64,000 bases of DNA. It comes from a virus. The notes beneath the pieces were generated by a model. The model saw nothing but the letters and a program-made list of their open reading frames with translations. It was not told the DNA's origin and did no database searches. The stretch is taken from positions 32,001-96,000 of IMG/VR virus record IMGVR_UViG_3300042384_000288. The stretch is one strand, 5' to 3'. This document shows positions 13,219 to 23,339 of this stretch, in pieces. A program made the position numbers and the translations under genes. Numbering within the stretch: the stretch's first letter is position 1; every line of letters begins with the position of its first letter.

Positions 13219-14616
13219 ATGGCATATACTATAACCACAAGAGACGGACAACTGCTAGGTACCATAGCAGATGGTACCGTAAATACTGTCAATACTGATT
13301 TAATTTTAGTAGGTCGTAACTACAGTAACTATGGGCAAATAAAGCTCGATAACATGGTAAGGTTACTTGAGAATTTTAGCAACAGTGCAGAACCTGTAAG
13401 CCCATTGATAGGACAGTTATGGTGGGATTCTGGCGAAAAAAGATTAAAAATCTGGGGTAATTCAACAACAGACACTAGTCCGGGCGCAGGTAATTGGCGT
13501 AACGTGGGCAGTGCAACTGTATCAACAGCACCTCCTAACACAACTGTAGCAGGCGACATGTGGTTGAATTCATCTACTAGTCAGTTTTATGTATATGATG
13601 GTACAACTCCGTTTAATGCCAACGGATGGGTGTTAGTAGGACCAGGATATAATATTACCAACGGCAAAAGTACTGCACTTTGGGAACAAATTGCTGATAC
13701 TGCCGCAGTATTGCATAATGTTGTTAGCATTTATCTTGATGGTGTTAGAACTGCAATAATTAGCAAAGATCCAGAATTCCAGCCACAGGTAGCTATATCA
13801 GGATTTGGTAATATACAACTTGGGTATAACATGAACAGCAGTTATACTATCTACGGAACTGCTAATAATGCTAGTTTCTTAGGTAATCAGCCTGCTGCTA
13901 ACTATTTCCGTAATAATATCAACAACACAGGAACCGGTACACTAAGCATTGTTAACGATAGTGGAATTACTATCGGAACTGGCTCAGACTTAACATTATC
14001 AGTTAATAGTATTCATGCCAGAGTTATTAATAATACCAATGGGGGCAATGTTGAGATTTTTGCAACAGTTGGCGGAGTTTCGACAAGATACATTACAATC
14101 AATGGTACTACTGGCACGGTAGAGGTTGCAGCAGATCCTACTACTGCATTAGGGGTTGCTACTAAGCAATATGTAGACAATAGATTTATTAATGCAACTT
14201 TAACAGGGGTGTCAACTGCAATAACAGCGCCGGTCAATACTGCTAATACTATGATTGCTACTACTGAATTCGTTATAAATAATTCAGGATTTTTTACAAA
14301 CAAGATTTACCAAGGCGATAGCTACATGGAAATCTTGGATACAGGTACAGGGTCTGCTAATTTAGTAGTAGACGGTACTAGTGTAATGACTGCTAGTCAG
14401 TCAGGAGTTAATCTTAGAAATGGTGCATTGGCAGTGACTCAACCTGATATTTACAATGGTACAGGTAATACTAGAGTAGCCACTACACAATTTGTTAAAA
14501 ACGCTACCCAGTGGTGGGGAGGCAGTGCCAAATATGTTAGTACTGATGCTCCGCAACTAGGAGTAAATGATGCTGGTTCTAATAACGGTGATTTCTGGTT
14601 CCAGTATTCTGTATAA
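13219..14616 (+). CDS. Tail-fibre-like protein, paralog 1
   Basis: Shared N-terminal module LxLxGxNYxxYG...LLENF...P..P..GQLWxD; T/N/G-rich; ATKQYVD motif. Confidence 0.7.
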   Translation: MAYTITTRDGQLLGTIADGTVNTVNTDLILVGRNYSNYGQIKLDNMVRLLENFSNSAEPVSPLIGQLWWDSGEKRLKIWGNSTTDTSPGAGNWRNVGSATVSTAPPNTTVAGDMWLNSSTSQFYVYDGTTPFNANGWVLVGPGYNITNGKSTALWEQIADTAAVLHNVVSIYLDGVRTAIISKDPEFQPQVAISGFGNIQLGYNMNSSYTIYGTANNASFLGNQPAANYFRNNINNTGTGTLSIVNDSGITIGTGSDLTLSVNSIHARVINNTNGGNVEIFATVGGVSTRYITINGTTGTVEVAADPTTALGVATKQYVDNRFINATLTGVSTAITAPVNTANTMIATTEFVINNSGFFTNKIYQGDSYMEILDTGTGSANLVVDGTSVMTASQSGVNLRNGALAVTQPDIYNGTGNTRVATTQFVKNATQWWGGSAKYVSTDAPQLGVNDAGSNNGDFWFQYSV

Positions 14617-14625
14617 AATAGTAAG

Positions 14626-14632
14626 ATAAATA
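14626..14632 (+). promoter_or_regulatory. T4-like late promoter motif ATAAATA
   Basis: Intergenic, 20 nt upstream of a fibre gene. The motif recurs upstream of many genes in the window. Confidence 0.55.
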
Positions 14633-14652
14633 TAATATAATAGGTAACAACA

Positions 14653-15969
14653 ATGGCATATAACATTACTTTAACAAATAGCACTACTATTGGTACCATC
14701 TCAGACGGTACAGTTAATAGTTCGGCTACTAGCTTAACCCTAATAGGAAAAAACTATGCCGGATATGGTAACTTTTTAAATCAAAATTTTTTAAAGTTAC
14801 TCGAAAACTTTTCTTTTGGAACACCGCCGATAGCGCCGCAGACAGGTCAGCTATGGTATGATTCAGCAAATAAAATTCTTAAAATTTCTGCAGATGGTAG
14901 CAGCAATCAATGGAAACCTGTTGCTAGTTTGACAAGATCAACAACCACTCCTACTGTGCCGGCACCGATCGAAGGTGACATGTGGTGGGACCAAACCGCG
15001 TTACAGCTTAAAGTATACGGTGGTGGAATTAGTGATTGGATTACAATAGGTCCTGCATTTAGTACTGTGGGCGGCACTAGCGGATCTGTTGTAGAGACAG
15101 TTTTAGATAATTTAGGCAACAGCCAGATTATTATTAAATTATATATTTCAGGTAGTGTAGTAGGCATTATTAGTGGAAATATAGCTGGATTTACCCCACA
15201 GACAACTATTACAGGTTTTTCTAATATTAATTATGGTTTTAATGTGCATTCAAGTGCAACTTTTGCAGGCGGTGACGCAGCTAATGCAACAACAATAAAC
15301 GGACTGGCATCAAATCAATTTTTACGCAGTGATGTAAATGACAACAACAGCGGATATAATCTGACTGTTGGTAGTTTAACAGTGGGCGGATTTTTTACTC
15401 AAACAGAAAATGCAGCTAATGTTGAATTGAGAAATACAAAAAATAACAGCGACTTAAGTTTTTACGTAAACAGCGCAAATACTGTTTCGAAAGTTTTTAG
15501 CATCACAGGAACTACTAAAGCCGCAACATTATCTAACGCATTATTAGTTCAAGGTGCATTAACTGCCAGCACTACCTTAGCAGTAACCGGAGCCGCAACA
15601 CTATCGTCTACACTACAGGTTACTGGAAATATAACTCCTCAAAGCAATGGCACAGGCAGTGTAGGTACTAATACCAACAGATTTGCCAATGTATTTGCTA
15701 ACATAGTAACAGCGACTGATGCAATAACTACCACAGTAACAGCAAATACAGTAACATCAAACCTAGTAACAGCAAACACAATAACAGTGGCCAATACAGT
15801 AGCAGCTGCTAACTTAACAGCATCTTCAACGTTTAAAACAGCAGTCTACGCTACAACAACAGCAAGAGACTCGGCTATTCCAAGTCCACAGGCTGGGATG
15901 ATTGTTTTTGTAACCACAGGCACAACATTCTGGGGATATAATGGCAGCGCATGGGTAGCATTAAATTAA
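14653..15969 (+). CDS. Tail-fibre-like protein, paralog 2
   Basis: Same N-terminal module. The C-terminal TARDSAIPSPQAGMIVF...GYNGSAW is a common fibre motif. Confidence 0.7.
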   Translation: MAYNITLTNSTTIGTISDGTVNSSATSLTLIGKNYAGYGNFLNQNFLKLLENFSFGTPPIAPQTGQLWYDSANKILKISADGSSNQWKPVASLTRSTTTPTVPAPIEGDMWWDQTALQLKVYGGGISDWITIGPAFSTVGGTSGSVVETVLDNLGNSQIIIKLYISGSVVGIISGNIAGFTPQTTITGFSNINYGFNVHSSATFAGGDAANATTINGLASNQFLRSDVNDNNSGYNLTVGSLTVGGFFTQTENAANVELRNTKNNSDLSFYVNSANTVSKVFSITGTTKAATLSNALLVQGALTASTTLAVTGAATLSSTLQVTGNITPQSNGTGSVGTNTNRFANVFANIVTATDAITTTVTANTVTSNLVTANTITVANTVAAANLTASSTFKTAVYATTTARDSAIPSPQAGMIVFVTTGTTFWGYNGSAWVALN

Positions 15970-15983
15970 GATAACGGAACAAT

Positions 15984-17531
15984 ATGCCATACATTATAAC
16001 AACAACAGCAGGTGCAACGCTAACAACTGTAGCAGACGACGTCGTTAACACCACAAGTACTAGCCTAAGTTTAATTGGTAAAAACTATGCTGGCTATGGT
16101 ATATTCTTAAATGAAAATTTTGTAAGTCTATTAGAAAACTTTAATAACAGTACTGCACCTGCAGCACCTTTAACTGGACAATTATGGTTTGACAACTCTG
16201 GCGGCATATTAAAGTTTTACACAGGGGTTGTATGGAAACCGATCAGCACCAGTGCAGCCAGTGCAACTGAACCAAATAACCCTATAGTGGGTGATTTATG
16301 GTGGAATACTCTAACATCACAGCTTAATGTTCGTGGTCCTAGTAATTGGGTGGTGATCGGACCGGCATTTACTTCGATAGCAGGAACATCAGGCGCCATT
16401 ATAGAAACCATTTTAGATACTGTTTTATTAAGTCATGTTGTGGTTAACTTTTACATTAGTAATACCGTAGTTTCTATTCTAAGCAAAGACTCGTCGTTTA
16501 CTCCTCAAGTACCAATACCAGGATTTCCTACAATTAATCCCGGATTAAATTTAATATCAAGTTCGGTGCTGCCATCCAGTCAATTCTGGGGTAATTCTGT
16601 CAGCGCAGGTAGCGTAAGCGGAGTTAGCTTGACTAACTTCCTTAGATCAGATCAGGCTTCTACTAACGGTAGTAATACATTGACCGTGGGCAAACTTCAA
16701 GCAAATGCACATTTGCTTATTGATCCTACTCCAGCTGACGTACAGATTTATAGCAATAGTCCTGGTACATCTAAAGATATTGGAATATATGTCAACAGAG
16801 GCGGTACTCCGACATTAACTCAACGCTCAATTGCCACCACTGGCGGCACACAGTTTTATGCAAACTTAACTACAGTAAATGTAAATCCAACCAGCGACAA
16901 CGTAAGTGTAATTGGCAGTGGGACTACAAGATATGCAAATGTGCATAGCGTATCATTTACTGGAACAAACTTTTTCGGTACTGTGGGCACATTAACTACA
17001 TTAGGTGTAAGTGGTGTAACTACAGTTAACAGTGGTAATAATGTTACTGCTATTGTCAACGGTGGTACCAGCGGGATTGGTAATATCGGAACAGCGGCTA
17101 AGCCGTTTAACACAATTTTTGCTAGATCAACTTCGGCACAATACGCTGACTTGGCAGAACGTTTTGAAACTGACAGTCCTTTAATGCCAGGAACTGTGGT
17201 TGAACTTGGCGGTGCTAAAGAAATTACGCAAGCAGTTCAAGAACTAAGTGAAGAAGTGTTTGGTGTTATAAGTACATTACCAGGCTTCTTATTAAACGGT
17301 AATGCAGGAACAGATATAACTCATCCTCCGATTGCAGTTAATGGTCGAGTACCAGTGAGAGTAATAGGTACTTGTAGGAAAGGTGATCGATTAGTCAGCG
17401 CCGGCCGTGGTGTAGCACGTGCAGCTCAGAGAAGTGAACTTACTGCATTTAATGTAATTGGCCGCGCACTACAAGATAAAATTACCAACGAAGAAGGGTT
17501 GGTAGAAGCAATAGTTAAATTAAACAGTTAA
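15984..17531 (+). CDS. Tail-fibre-like protein, paralog 3, with a C-terminal ADLAE domain (chaperone/autocleavage-like)
   Basis: Same N-terminal module. C-terminal SAQYADLAERF...PGTVV...GVIST.PG...GRVPVRV...GD.LV...IGRAL. Confidence 0.7.
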   Translation: MPYIITTTAGATLTTVADDVVNTTSTSLSLIGKNYAGYGIFLNENFVSLLENFNNSTAPAAPLTGQLWFDNSGGILKFYTGVVWKPISTSAASATEPNNPIVGDLWWNTLTSQLNVRGPSNWVVIGPAFTSIAGTSGAIIETILDTVLLSHVVVNFYISNTVVSILSKDSSFTPQVPIPGFPTINPGLNLISSSVLPSSQFWGNSVSAGSVSGVSLTNFLRSDQASTNGSNTLTVGKLQANAHLLIDPTPADVQIYSNSPGTSKDIGIYVNRGGTPTLTQRSIATTGGTQFYANLTTVNVNPTSDNVSVIGSGTTRYANVHSVSFTGTNFFGTVGTLTTLGVSGVTTVNSGNNVTAIVNGGTSGIGNIGTAAKPFNTIFARSTSAQYADLAERFETDSPLMPGTVVELGGAKEITQAVQELSEEVFGVISTLPGFLLNGNAGTDITHPPIAVNGRVPVRVIGTCRKGDRLVSAGRGVARAAQRSELTAFNVIGRALQDKITNEEGLVEAIVKLNS

Positions 17532-17540
17532 GGAACTAAG

Positions 17541-18458
17541 ATGGCATACTCACAAGGTGGACTGATTGAAGCAACGGATTATAACAATCTTATCAACGGT
17601 TCCAATCAATTAAACACAGTATGGGGTGTAGGCAACGGAGACGCGGGCTACGGACAAACTGCCATTGGCACAGTGGTAGCTGGAACTACAGTAACAGCTA
17701 CACAGTGGGCAACATTGATTAATACCTTAAACAGTGCTAGAAATCATCAGAGTGGAGTAGGGTCCGGTATTAGTGCTGTTACAGCTGGCCAGACTATTAA
17801 CCACTTAAACACCTTACAAACAGAAATTAACACAGCATTTACTAACCGAGGATTGCGTAATGCAACGGGCAGCACAACCACAGGCACAACTGATACAACC
17901 AATCCAACAGCAGGTGCTACATCAGCATTTAGTTATTTTAGAGACACCAACGTAACATTTAGCAGTGCTAACGCTGCTCGCTACTTCTTCAACGCTGGCG
18001 GGCAGATTAACTTTGTATGCAGTGCTACAGACAATGCTGGCACTAGTCGCAGTCAAACACTCAGGGATATGATAAATCAAGTTGGCGGCTTAAGTGCATT
18101 CCGTAATACTACCAATACTGGTCGCACTGGTACTGGTGGTACTATAGTTACTAATAACACCAGCTTTGGTTACAGAAATTTAACAGCCAGTGCCCAAAAT
18201 GTAGTTGACAATGATATTAGTGGCACATACTCAGCACACGATGTTAAATTACAATTATTCTCAAACGGTATAGATACAACCGACGGCTCAAACGGCGCAT
18301 CAGTTGTGTTTAGGCTGTTAGCAACCGCAGCCGCAGATGATAGTTTTGGTGGTGGTATTAATATCTCTCTGTCAGTCAGAGCAGACATAGTGTTTCCATC
18401 AACTGCACACCTGACTAATGTGTGGGGCACACCTACAATCTCATTCGACGGTGCATAA
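17541..18458 (+). CDS. Virion structural/short fibre protein
   Basis: MAYSQGGLIEATDYN...GYGQ...VTATQW and ARYFFNAGGQI motifs; T/G/N-rich; last gene before a terminator. Confidence 0.6.
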   Translation: MAYSQGGLIEATDYNNLINGSNQLNTVWGVGNGDAGYGQTAIGTVVAGTTVTATQWATLINTLNSARNHQSGVGSGISAVTAGQTINHLNTLQTEINTAFTNRGLRNATGSTTTGTTDTTNPTAGATSAFSYFRDTNVTFSSANAARYFFNAGGQINFVCSATDNAGTSRSQTLRDMINQVGGLSAFRNTTNTGRTGTGGTIVTNNTSFGYRNLTASAQNVVDNDISGTYSAHDVKLQLFSNGIDTTDGSNGASVVFRLLATAAADDSFGGGINISLSVRADIVFPSTAHLTNVWGTPTISFDGA

Positions 18459-18464
18459 AATCTA

Positions 18465-18494
18465 TTGACATACTATAGTAATATGTGTTATAAT
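18465..18494 (+). promoter_or_regulatory. sigma70-like promoter
   Basis: TTGACA-18-TATAAT. Confidence 0.5.
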
Positions 18495-18525
18495 AAAGGT
18501 AAGTTTTTTCCGCTTACCTTTTTTT
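18495..18525 (+). terminator. Rho-independent terminator ending the structural operon
   Basis: AAAGGTAAG-loop-CTTACCTTT followed by a T run. Confidence 0.75.
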
Positions 18526-18541
18526 ACGGCTATATACTTAT

Positions 18542-18856
18542 ATGACAGAATTAGATCAACTAACCAAACAAATACGTCAAGCAACTGACTACCAAACTAA
18601 CAAGCAGATCCTGCGTGAAAAAATTCAAGCAGATTTACATTTTGCCTATAACGGAGGATTGTTCAAAACTTCGCCAGAACTAATTGGATTTATCAATGCC
18701 TGGGATAGTGAAACATTGTATTTAGAAGATACCTACGAAAATCCAATTGAAATCAATCGAGACGAATTTTTATCTTTGTGCCGGCAACAATACCAACAGG
18801 TAATGAACACTTGGCATATAGAACATGAAGAACTTAAACGTGCCCGCAAAGTCTAG
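18542..18856 (+). CDS. Hypothetical protein, first gene of the modification cluster
   Basis: 104-aa ORF overlapping the next gene. Confidence 0.7.
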   Translation: MTELDQLTKQIRQATDYQTNKQILREKIQADLHFAYNGGLFKTSPELIGFINAWDSETLYLEDTYENPIEINRDEFLSLCRQQYQQVMNTWHIEHEELKRARKV

Positions 18857-19634
18857 AGGTGTTATATTATTTGCCTTTAATACTGCGGCAGTTGACTATG
18901 TGGCAATTGCAGATCAATCAGCGCGGCTTATACATCACACGCTAAATTTGCCTGTGACGCTGATAACTGACAAAGAAACAACTACTGAACACATTGATCA
19001 AACATTTGTAGTTGAAAACAATATAAACAATGTTCGCAAAGGTTATGCTAATTTAACAGCTTGGCGCAATGGCAATAGATACCAAGCATACGAACTAAGT
19101 CCTTATGATGAAACCTTACTCATTGACAGCGACTACCTAATGTTAGATCAGTCATTGTTAAAGTTGCTTGACTTAACTCAAGATTACCAAATTATGGGCA
19201 GTAATAAATTTCTCAAAGCAGTGTCGCCTACTCTGATGTCCGCTACCAGCATACCACAGGTATGGGCCACTGCGGTACTATTCAAAAAGACCTTAAAGTC
19301 TCAACTGTTATTTGCCCTAGTAGGAAGAATACAGCGCAATTATGATTACTATAGACGACTATACAACATAACTGCTACTAACTTTCGCAATGATTTTGCC
19401 TTTGCCATAGCCAACAACATTATCAACGGCTACGCACAAGACAACTTAATACCTTGGGCTATGCTGACCGCAGAAAATCCCGTAGTCAATATAGAAACAA
19501 CAACAAATGGATTAATAGTTAGAGAAGAGTCGCAGGCATATCTAATACCTCGTCAGAATCTACACATCATTGATAAAGATTATCTAACATCACCTAAGTT
19601 TGAACTATTTGTAGACAGTCTATGCCAAGAATAA
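18825..19634 (+). CDS. GT-A-fold glycosyltransferase-like protein (GT8-like)
   Basis: YELSPYDETLLIDSDYL carries a DxD motif; N-terminal GVILFAFN...DY..IA. Confidence 0.6.
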   Translation: MKNLNVPAKSRGVILFAFNTAAVDYVAIADQSARLIHHTLNLPVTLITDKETTTEHIDQTFVVENNINNVRKGYANLTAWRNGNRYQAYELSPYDETLLIDSDYLMLDQSLLKLLDLTQDYQIMGSNKFLKAVSPTLMSATSIPQVWATAVLFKKTLKSQLLFALVGRIQRNYDYYRRLYNITATNFRNDFAFAIANNIINGYAQDNLIPWAMLTAENPVVNIETTTNGLIVREESQAYLIPRQNLHIIDKDYLTSPKFELFVDSLCQE

Positions 19635-20482
19635 CATCACACCAAGAACAGCAGGGATTTTTAACTATTGCTCAGAACACAGTAGATACTGACTATCTAA
19701 AGTTAGCCTATGTTCAAGCCATGAGCATTAAACTTGTAATGCCGCAGAGCAAATATGCAGTATTAGTTGATCACAATACTTTAGCGAGCGTAACTGAACA
19801 ACATAGACGAGTATTTGACTATGTTATCACTATTGACAATGACATGGCTGCCGACGAAACTTGGAAACTCAGTAATGAGTGGCAGGTGTTTGAACTAACT
19901 CCATTCAAAGAAACTATTAAATTAGAAAGTGATATTGTGTTTACTCGTAGTATCGAGCATTGGTGGACAGCGTTCAGACTGCGTGACATAGTGTTAAGCA
20001 CCGGCTGTAGAGATTATCGAGGTCAGTTGAGCACAGCAAGAGACTATCGTCGAGTATTTGATGATAACCAACTGCCTGATGTATACAATGGTCTAATGTA
20101 TTTTAGATACACAAGAACAGCTACGCAGTTTTTTAACATAGCTCAACAGATATATGCTAATTGGGATTATGTCAGTCAACAACTTTTAAAGAATTGTAGA
20201 GACCCGAGCCCAACCACTGACGTGGTCTATGCACTATCAGCAAAGATATTGGGAGTACAGTTATGCACGTTGCCTTCGGCAGACTTTATTAACTTTACTC
20301 ATATGAAGCCTGCTATTAATGCATGGTCTATTCGACCTTGGTGTGAACAGGTAGTATGTGAAACTGACCTACCTATGTTGCGCATAGCCAATCAAAATCA
20401 ATATCACCCAGTACACTATCATGACAAGACATGGGTTACTGATGACATTGTTAAGGAGTATGAGCATGAATTCTTTAGATGA
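19622..20482 (+). CDS. Glycosyltransferase-like protein, paralog of the preceding gene
   Basis: FELTPFKETIKLESDI (ExD variant of the same motif); NGLMYF, TTDVVYA, FTHMKP, PVHYH. Confidence 0.55.
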   Translation: MPRITSHQEQQGFLTIAQNTVDTDYLKLAYVQAMSIKLVMPQSKYAVLVDHNTLASVTEQHRRVFDYVITIDNDMAADETWKLSNEWQVFELTPFKETIKLESDIVFTRSIEHWWTAFRLRDIVLSTGCRDYRGQLSTARDYRRVFDDNQLPDVYNGLMYFRYTRTATQFFNIAQQIYANWDYVSQQLLKNCRDPSPTTDVVYALSAKILGVQLCTLPSADFINFTHMKPAINAWSIRPWCEQVVCETDLPMLRIANQNQYHPVHYHDKTWVTDDIVKEYEHEFFR

Positions 20483-20813
20483 ATTAATTAAGGCATTTAG
20501 TTTAATAGAAGAAATAGTTGAAGAGCCATTTGAATACAGAATACATTATGACGACGCTGGTAATATTACCATGTGCACCATGCAGGATCATCCTGTAGAA
20601 ACTGATTATATTGTAGTGACTAAAGAAGAATATGATAACTACTATCAATACACTGTAGTCGACGCTAAACTTAAAAAGATTGACAGGAATCCAGGATATA
20701 ATGTACAATTAATTAAGAGCAATAGTGGATATCGAGTGGTAAAGAACCACGCCGGCCTTATTGTAGAAGGCAACGAAATCTATGAGAATATAGAATACTA
20801 TGCCGCTAATTGA
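20466..20813 (+). CDS. Hypothetical protein
   Basis: ORF with AAGGAG RBS before ATG 20466. The 3' end overlaps the HNH gene on the opposite strand. Confidence 0.65.
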   Translation: MNSLDELIKAFSLIEEIVEEPFEYRIHYDDAGNITMCTMQDHPVETDYIVVTKEEYDNYYQYTVVDAKLKKIDRNPGYNVQLIKSNSGYRVVKNHAGLIVEGNEIYENIEYYAAN

Positions 20814-21475
20814 CGGCGTTTTTCTTGAGCCAATTTAACTCCGGCCGAAATCCTTGCTTTTGTTTCGTCTGATACTCCGCGAGTTCTATTAGATTCTGCA
20901 ATTTTTGCTTTAGATTCAGCTGTGTGTTGTGGTCCAGAAATTTTACCTTTCTTATGTGATGGCCGACCTTTTAGTGTATTTGATATTTTAGCTTTGTTTT
21001 CTTCTGACATTGGCCCTTTTAATTTTCCTTTTAATCTTGCAGCTATATTAGCCGCATGTTCTGCGGTTTTCTTTTTACCCTTGCTTGCTGATGACATTTT
21101 TGCTTTAGTCTCGGCAGATAAAGGAATACCTATACAGCGGAGTGTTAATAGTATAGCATATTCTTTTTTGATTTGGTTATACAACCTAGAATTTATATAT
21201 CGTTGTTGATATAATCTGCTGCGTTTCATTCCTATTGCGGCATGTATCATTTTTTTGTATGCTGTACCCGATGTCATTTTTGGCAACAACATATGACATA
21301 TAAAATGCTCACGTCCAGTTAATTTAACTAAATTGGCGCTACTATTGTTGCCGCCTAGGGATTTAGGAATAATATGATGTTTTTCGATATAAACATCTTC
21401 TAATAACTCTCTTGACTTTGCTTTATTAATGATGTTATAATATATGTTAGTGTATTTGTTGTTTATAAATATCAT
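20798..21475 (-). mobile_element. HNH homing endonuclease with NUMOD3-like repeats
   Basis: YIEKHHIIPKSLGGNN...NLVKLTGREHFICHMLL; repeated S/T-x-E-x-K-A-K-I/M-S motifs; inverted within the operon. Confidence 0.9.
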
Positions 21476-21490
21476 ACAGGACCTTTAAAA

Positions 21491-22393
21491 ATGACTACTA
21501 TTGTAGATGTGGCAGATTTATCAACTATTTATCTAAGTTATGACGAGCCGAGAAAAGAAGAGTTTTGGATTAAGATTCAAAACATGGTTCCGTGGGCTAA
21601 ACGTGTAGATGGGGTTAAGGGCAGTGATGCCGCGCACAAAGCCGCAGCGTCAGCCAGTGATACCGATCGCTTTGTGTTAATCGACGGAGATAACATACCA
21701 GACCCTGCCTTCTTTAATCTTCAGTTGGTATTGGATAACATATCCAGTAATAAAGTTTTTCGGTGGCGAGCCAAGAATCAAATAAACGGACTACAGTACG
21801 GTAACGGTGGACTAAGCTGCTGGACTAAAGAGTTTATAGAAAATATGCAGACACATGAAGCCAGCGATGGCAGTGCGGCTAACGATGTAGAGTTTTGCTT
21901 CTATCCTAATTATTGGGCAATGAGTGATTGCTACAGTACAACATACCCTAACGCTACACCATTTCAAGCATGGCGAGCAGGATTCCGCGAAGGCGTTAAG
22001 ATGTGTTTAGATCGTGGAGCAAAGCCCCCAATGGAAGAATTTGAGCGACGTGTACATAGTCGTAACTATGATAACTTATGTATTTGGCAAACCGTCGGAG
22101 CAGATGTTGAGAATGGATTTTGGGCTATACTCGGAGCACGTCAAGGTACGTATCTAACAATGTTAGAAGATCAATGGGACTACAAACAAGTACAAAATTT
22201 TGATGCGCTTGAAAAACTATGGAATGAATACGAAAGTATCAATGAACCCATAGATCACTGTAACCACTTAGGTGATGTATTACGTACTCGTTTAGGGTTG
22301 CCTATTGTAGACATGAATCCAGATGAAAGCAAGTTCTTTAAACATCATTATAAAAGTAACTTTAAGAATCAAGGCATAATGGTGCGTGAATAA
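21491..22393 (+). CDS. GT-A-like protein (SYDEP family)
   Basis: IYLSYDEP...RVDGVKGSDAAHKAAA...FVLIDGDN (DxD)...YGNGG...PFQAWRAGFREGVK. Homologous to the C-terminal domain of 38179..41238. Confidence 0.55.
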   Translation: MTTIVDVADLSTIYLSYDEPRKEEFWIKIQNMVPWAKRVDGVKGSDAAHKAAASASDTDRFVLIDGDNIPDPAFFNLQLVLDNISSNKVFRWRAKNQINGLQYGNGGLSCWTKEFIENMQTHEASDGSAANDVEFCFYPNYWAMSDCYSTTYPNATPFQAWRAGFREGVKMCLDRGAKPPMEEFERRVHSRNYDNLCIWQTVGADVENGFWAILGARQGTYLTMLEDQWDYKQVQNFDALEKLWNEYESINEPIDHCNHLGDVLRTRLGLPIVDMNPDESKFFKHHYKSNFKNQGIMVRE

Positions 22394-23339
22394 ATACACA
22401 TTAGAATTAGAAAATGACCAATTATTAAATATAATTCCACTGGTTAAATTCTTAAAAGATCACGAAGGAAAAGATATATCTTTATCTGTAAATCAAGAAT
22501 CGCATTGCCTTGAACATTGCAGAGTTTACGAGTTGCTTGATCTGTTTAATTTTAAGTCGGTAGTAATATATACGCAAAACTCTATTGAACAGCACAAGAA
22601 ATATATTATAGTATCGCGAGCAAGATTTTATTGGCTTCGCAAAGCAAAACTAGAAGCAGACCTAACAAAAAATTATGTATGGGATCAAACAAAAGTGTTT
22701 GGGTGCTTTTATGGCAGACCGTCTGCTGTTAGATTAGGTATAGCAGGTTATCTAACTAAAAATTATTTAGAAAAGTCATTAATAAAAATTAAATTTGATA
22801 CAACACACGAAGATTTAAGAAAACAATTTGAAATGACTAAAATATTTTCTTGGGATGTTAACAGTTTAAATAACATAGACTTATTATTATCTACTATACA
22901 GTTATCTACAGATTATGCATATAATTTACAGTCGGGTGAATATGATTACACCCATACTCTATCTAACGATTATAGAAGTATTTTTGTTGACATCATAAGT
23001 GAGCCTAACAATATAGGAAATAGCTTTTATCCGTCTGAAAAGTTTGCTCGTGCGGTGCTTTGTAAAAAACCTTTTATCGTTATGGCTCCAAAACATTATT
23101 TAAAATATCTTAAACAAATGGGATTTAAAACATTTAACAATTGGTGGAGTGAATCATACGATGATTTAGAAGTTAAGGATAGATATTTTGCTATACTACA
23201 GTTAATAGATCAAATAGCTTTATTAACAATAAATCAATTGGAAGAACTAAATTCTGAGATGTCGTCTGTCACAGAGCACAACTATCAATTATTGATTAGC
23301 GGTAATTATAGTGAAATTATAAAACCAATTAATGAATAA
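22386..23339 (+). CDS. Hypothetical protein, EK..PFI..GFKTF..ESYD family (possible GT-B/GT10-like)
   Basis: FVDIISE...SEK..R..L.KKPFIV...GFKTF..WWSESYD is shared with three other ORFs here. Confidence 0.5.
   Translation: MNKYTLELENDQLLNIIPLVKFLKDHEGKDISLSVNQESHCLEHCRVYELLDLFNFKSVVIYTQNSIEQHKKYIIVSRARFYWLRKAKLEADLTKNYVWDQTKVFGCFYGRPSAVRLGIAGYLTKNYLEKSLIKIKFDTTHEDLRKQFEMTKIFSWDVNSLNNIDLLLSTIQLSTDYAYNLQSGEYDYTHTLSNDYRSIFVDIISEPNNIGNSFYPSEKFARAVLCKKPFIVMAPKHYLKYLKQMGFKTFNNWWSESYDDLEVKDRYFAILQLIDQIALLTINQLEELNSEMSSVTEHNYQLLISGNYSEIIKPINE

Noticed and set aside
2455-18430. Numerous 60-150-aa antisense or alternate-frame ORFs within structural genes (e.g. 11425..11865)
   Set aside because: Shadow ORFs from codon bias and repeats, with no RBS or motif support.
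13219-18458. Diversity-generating retroelement acting on the fibres
   Set aside because: No reverse transcriptase and no adenine-variant template/variable repeat pair noticed.
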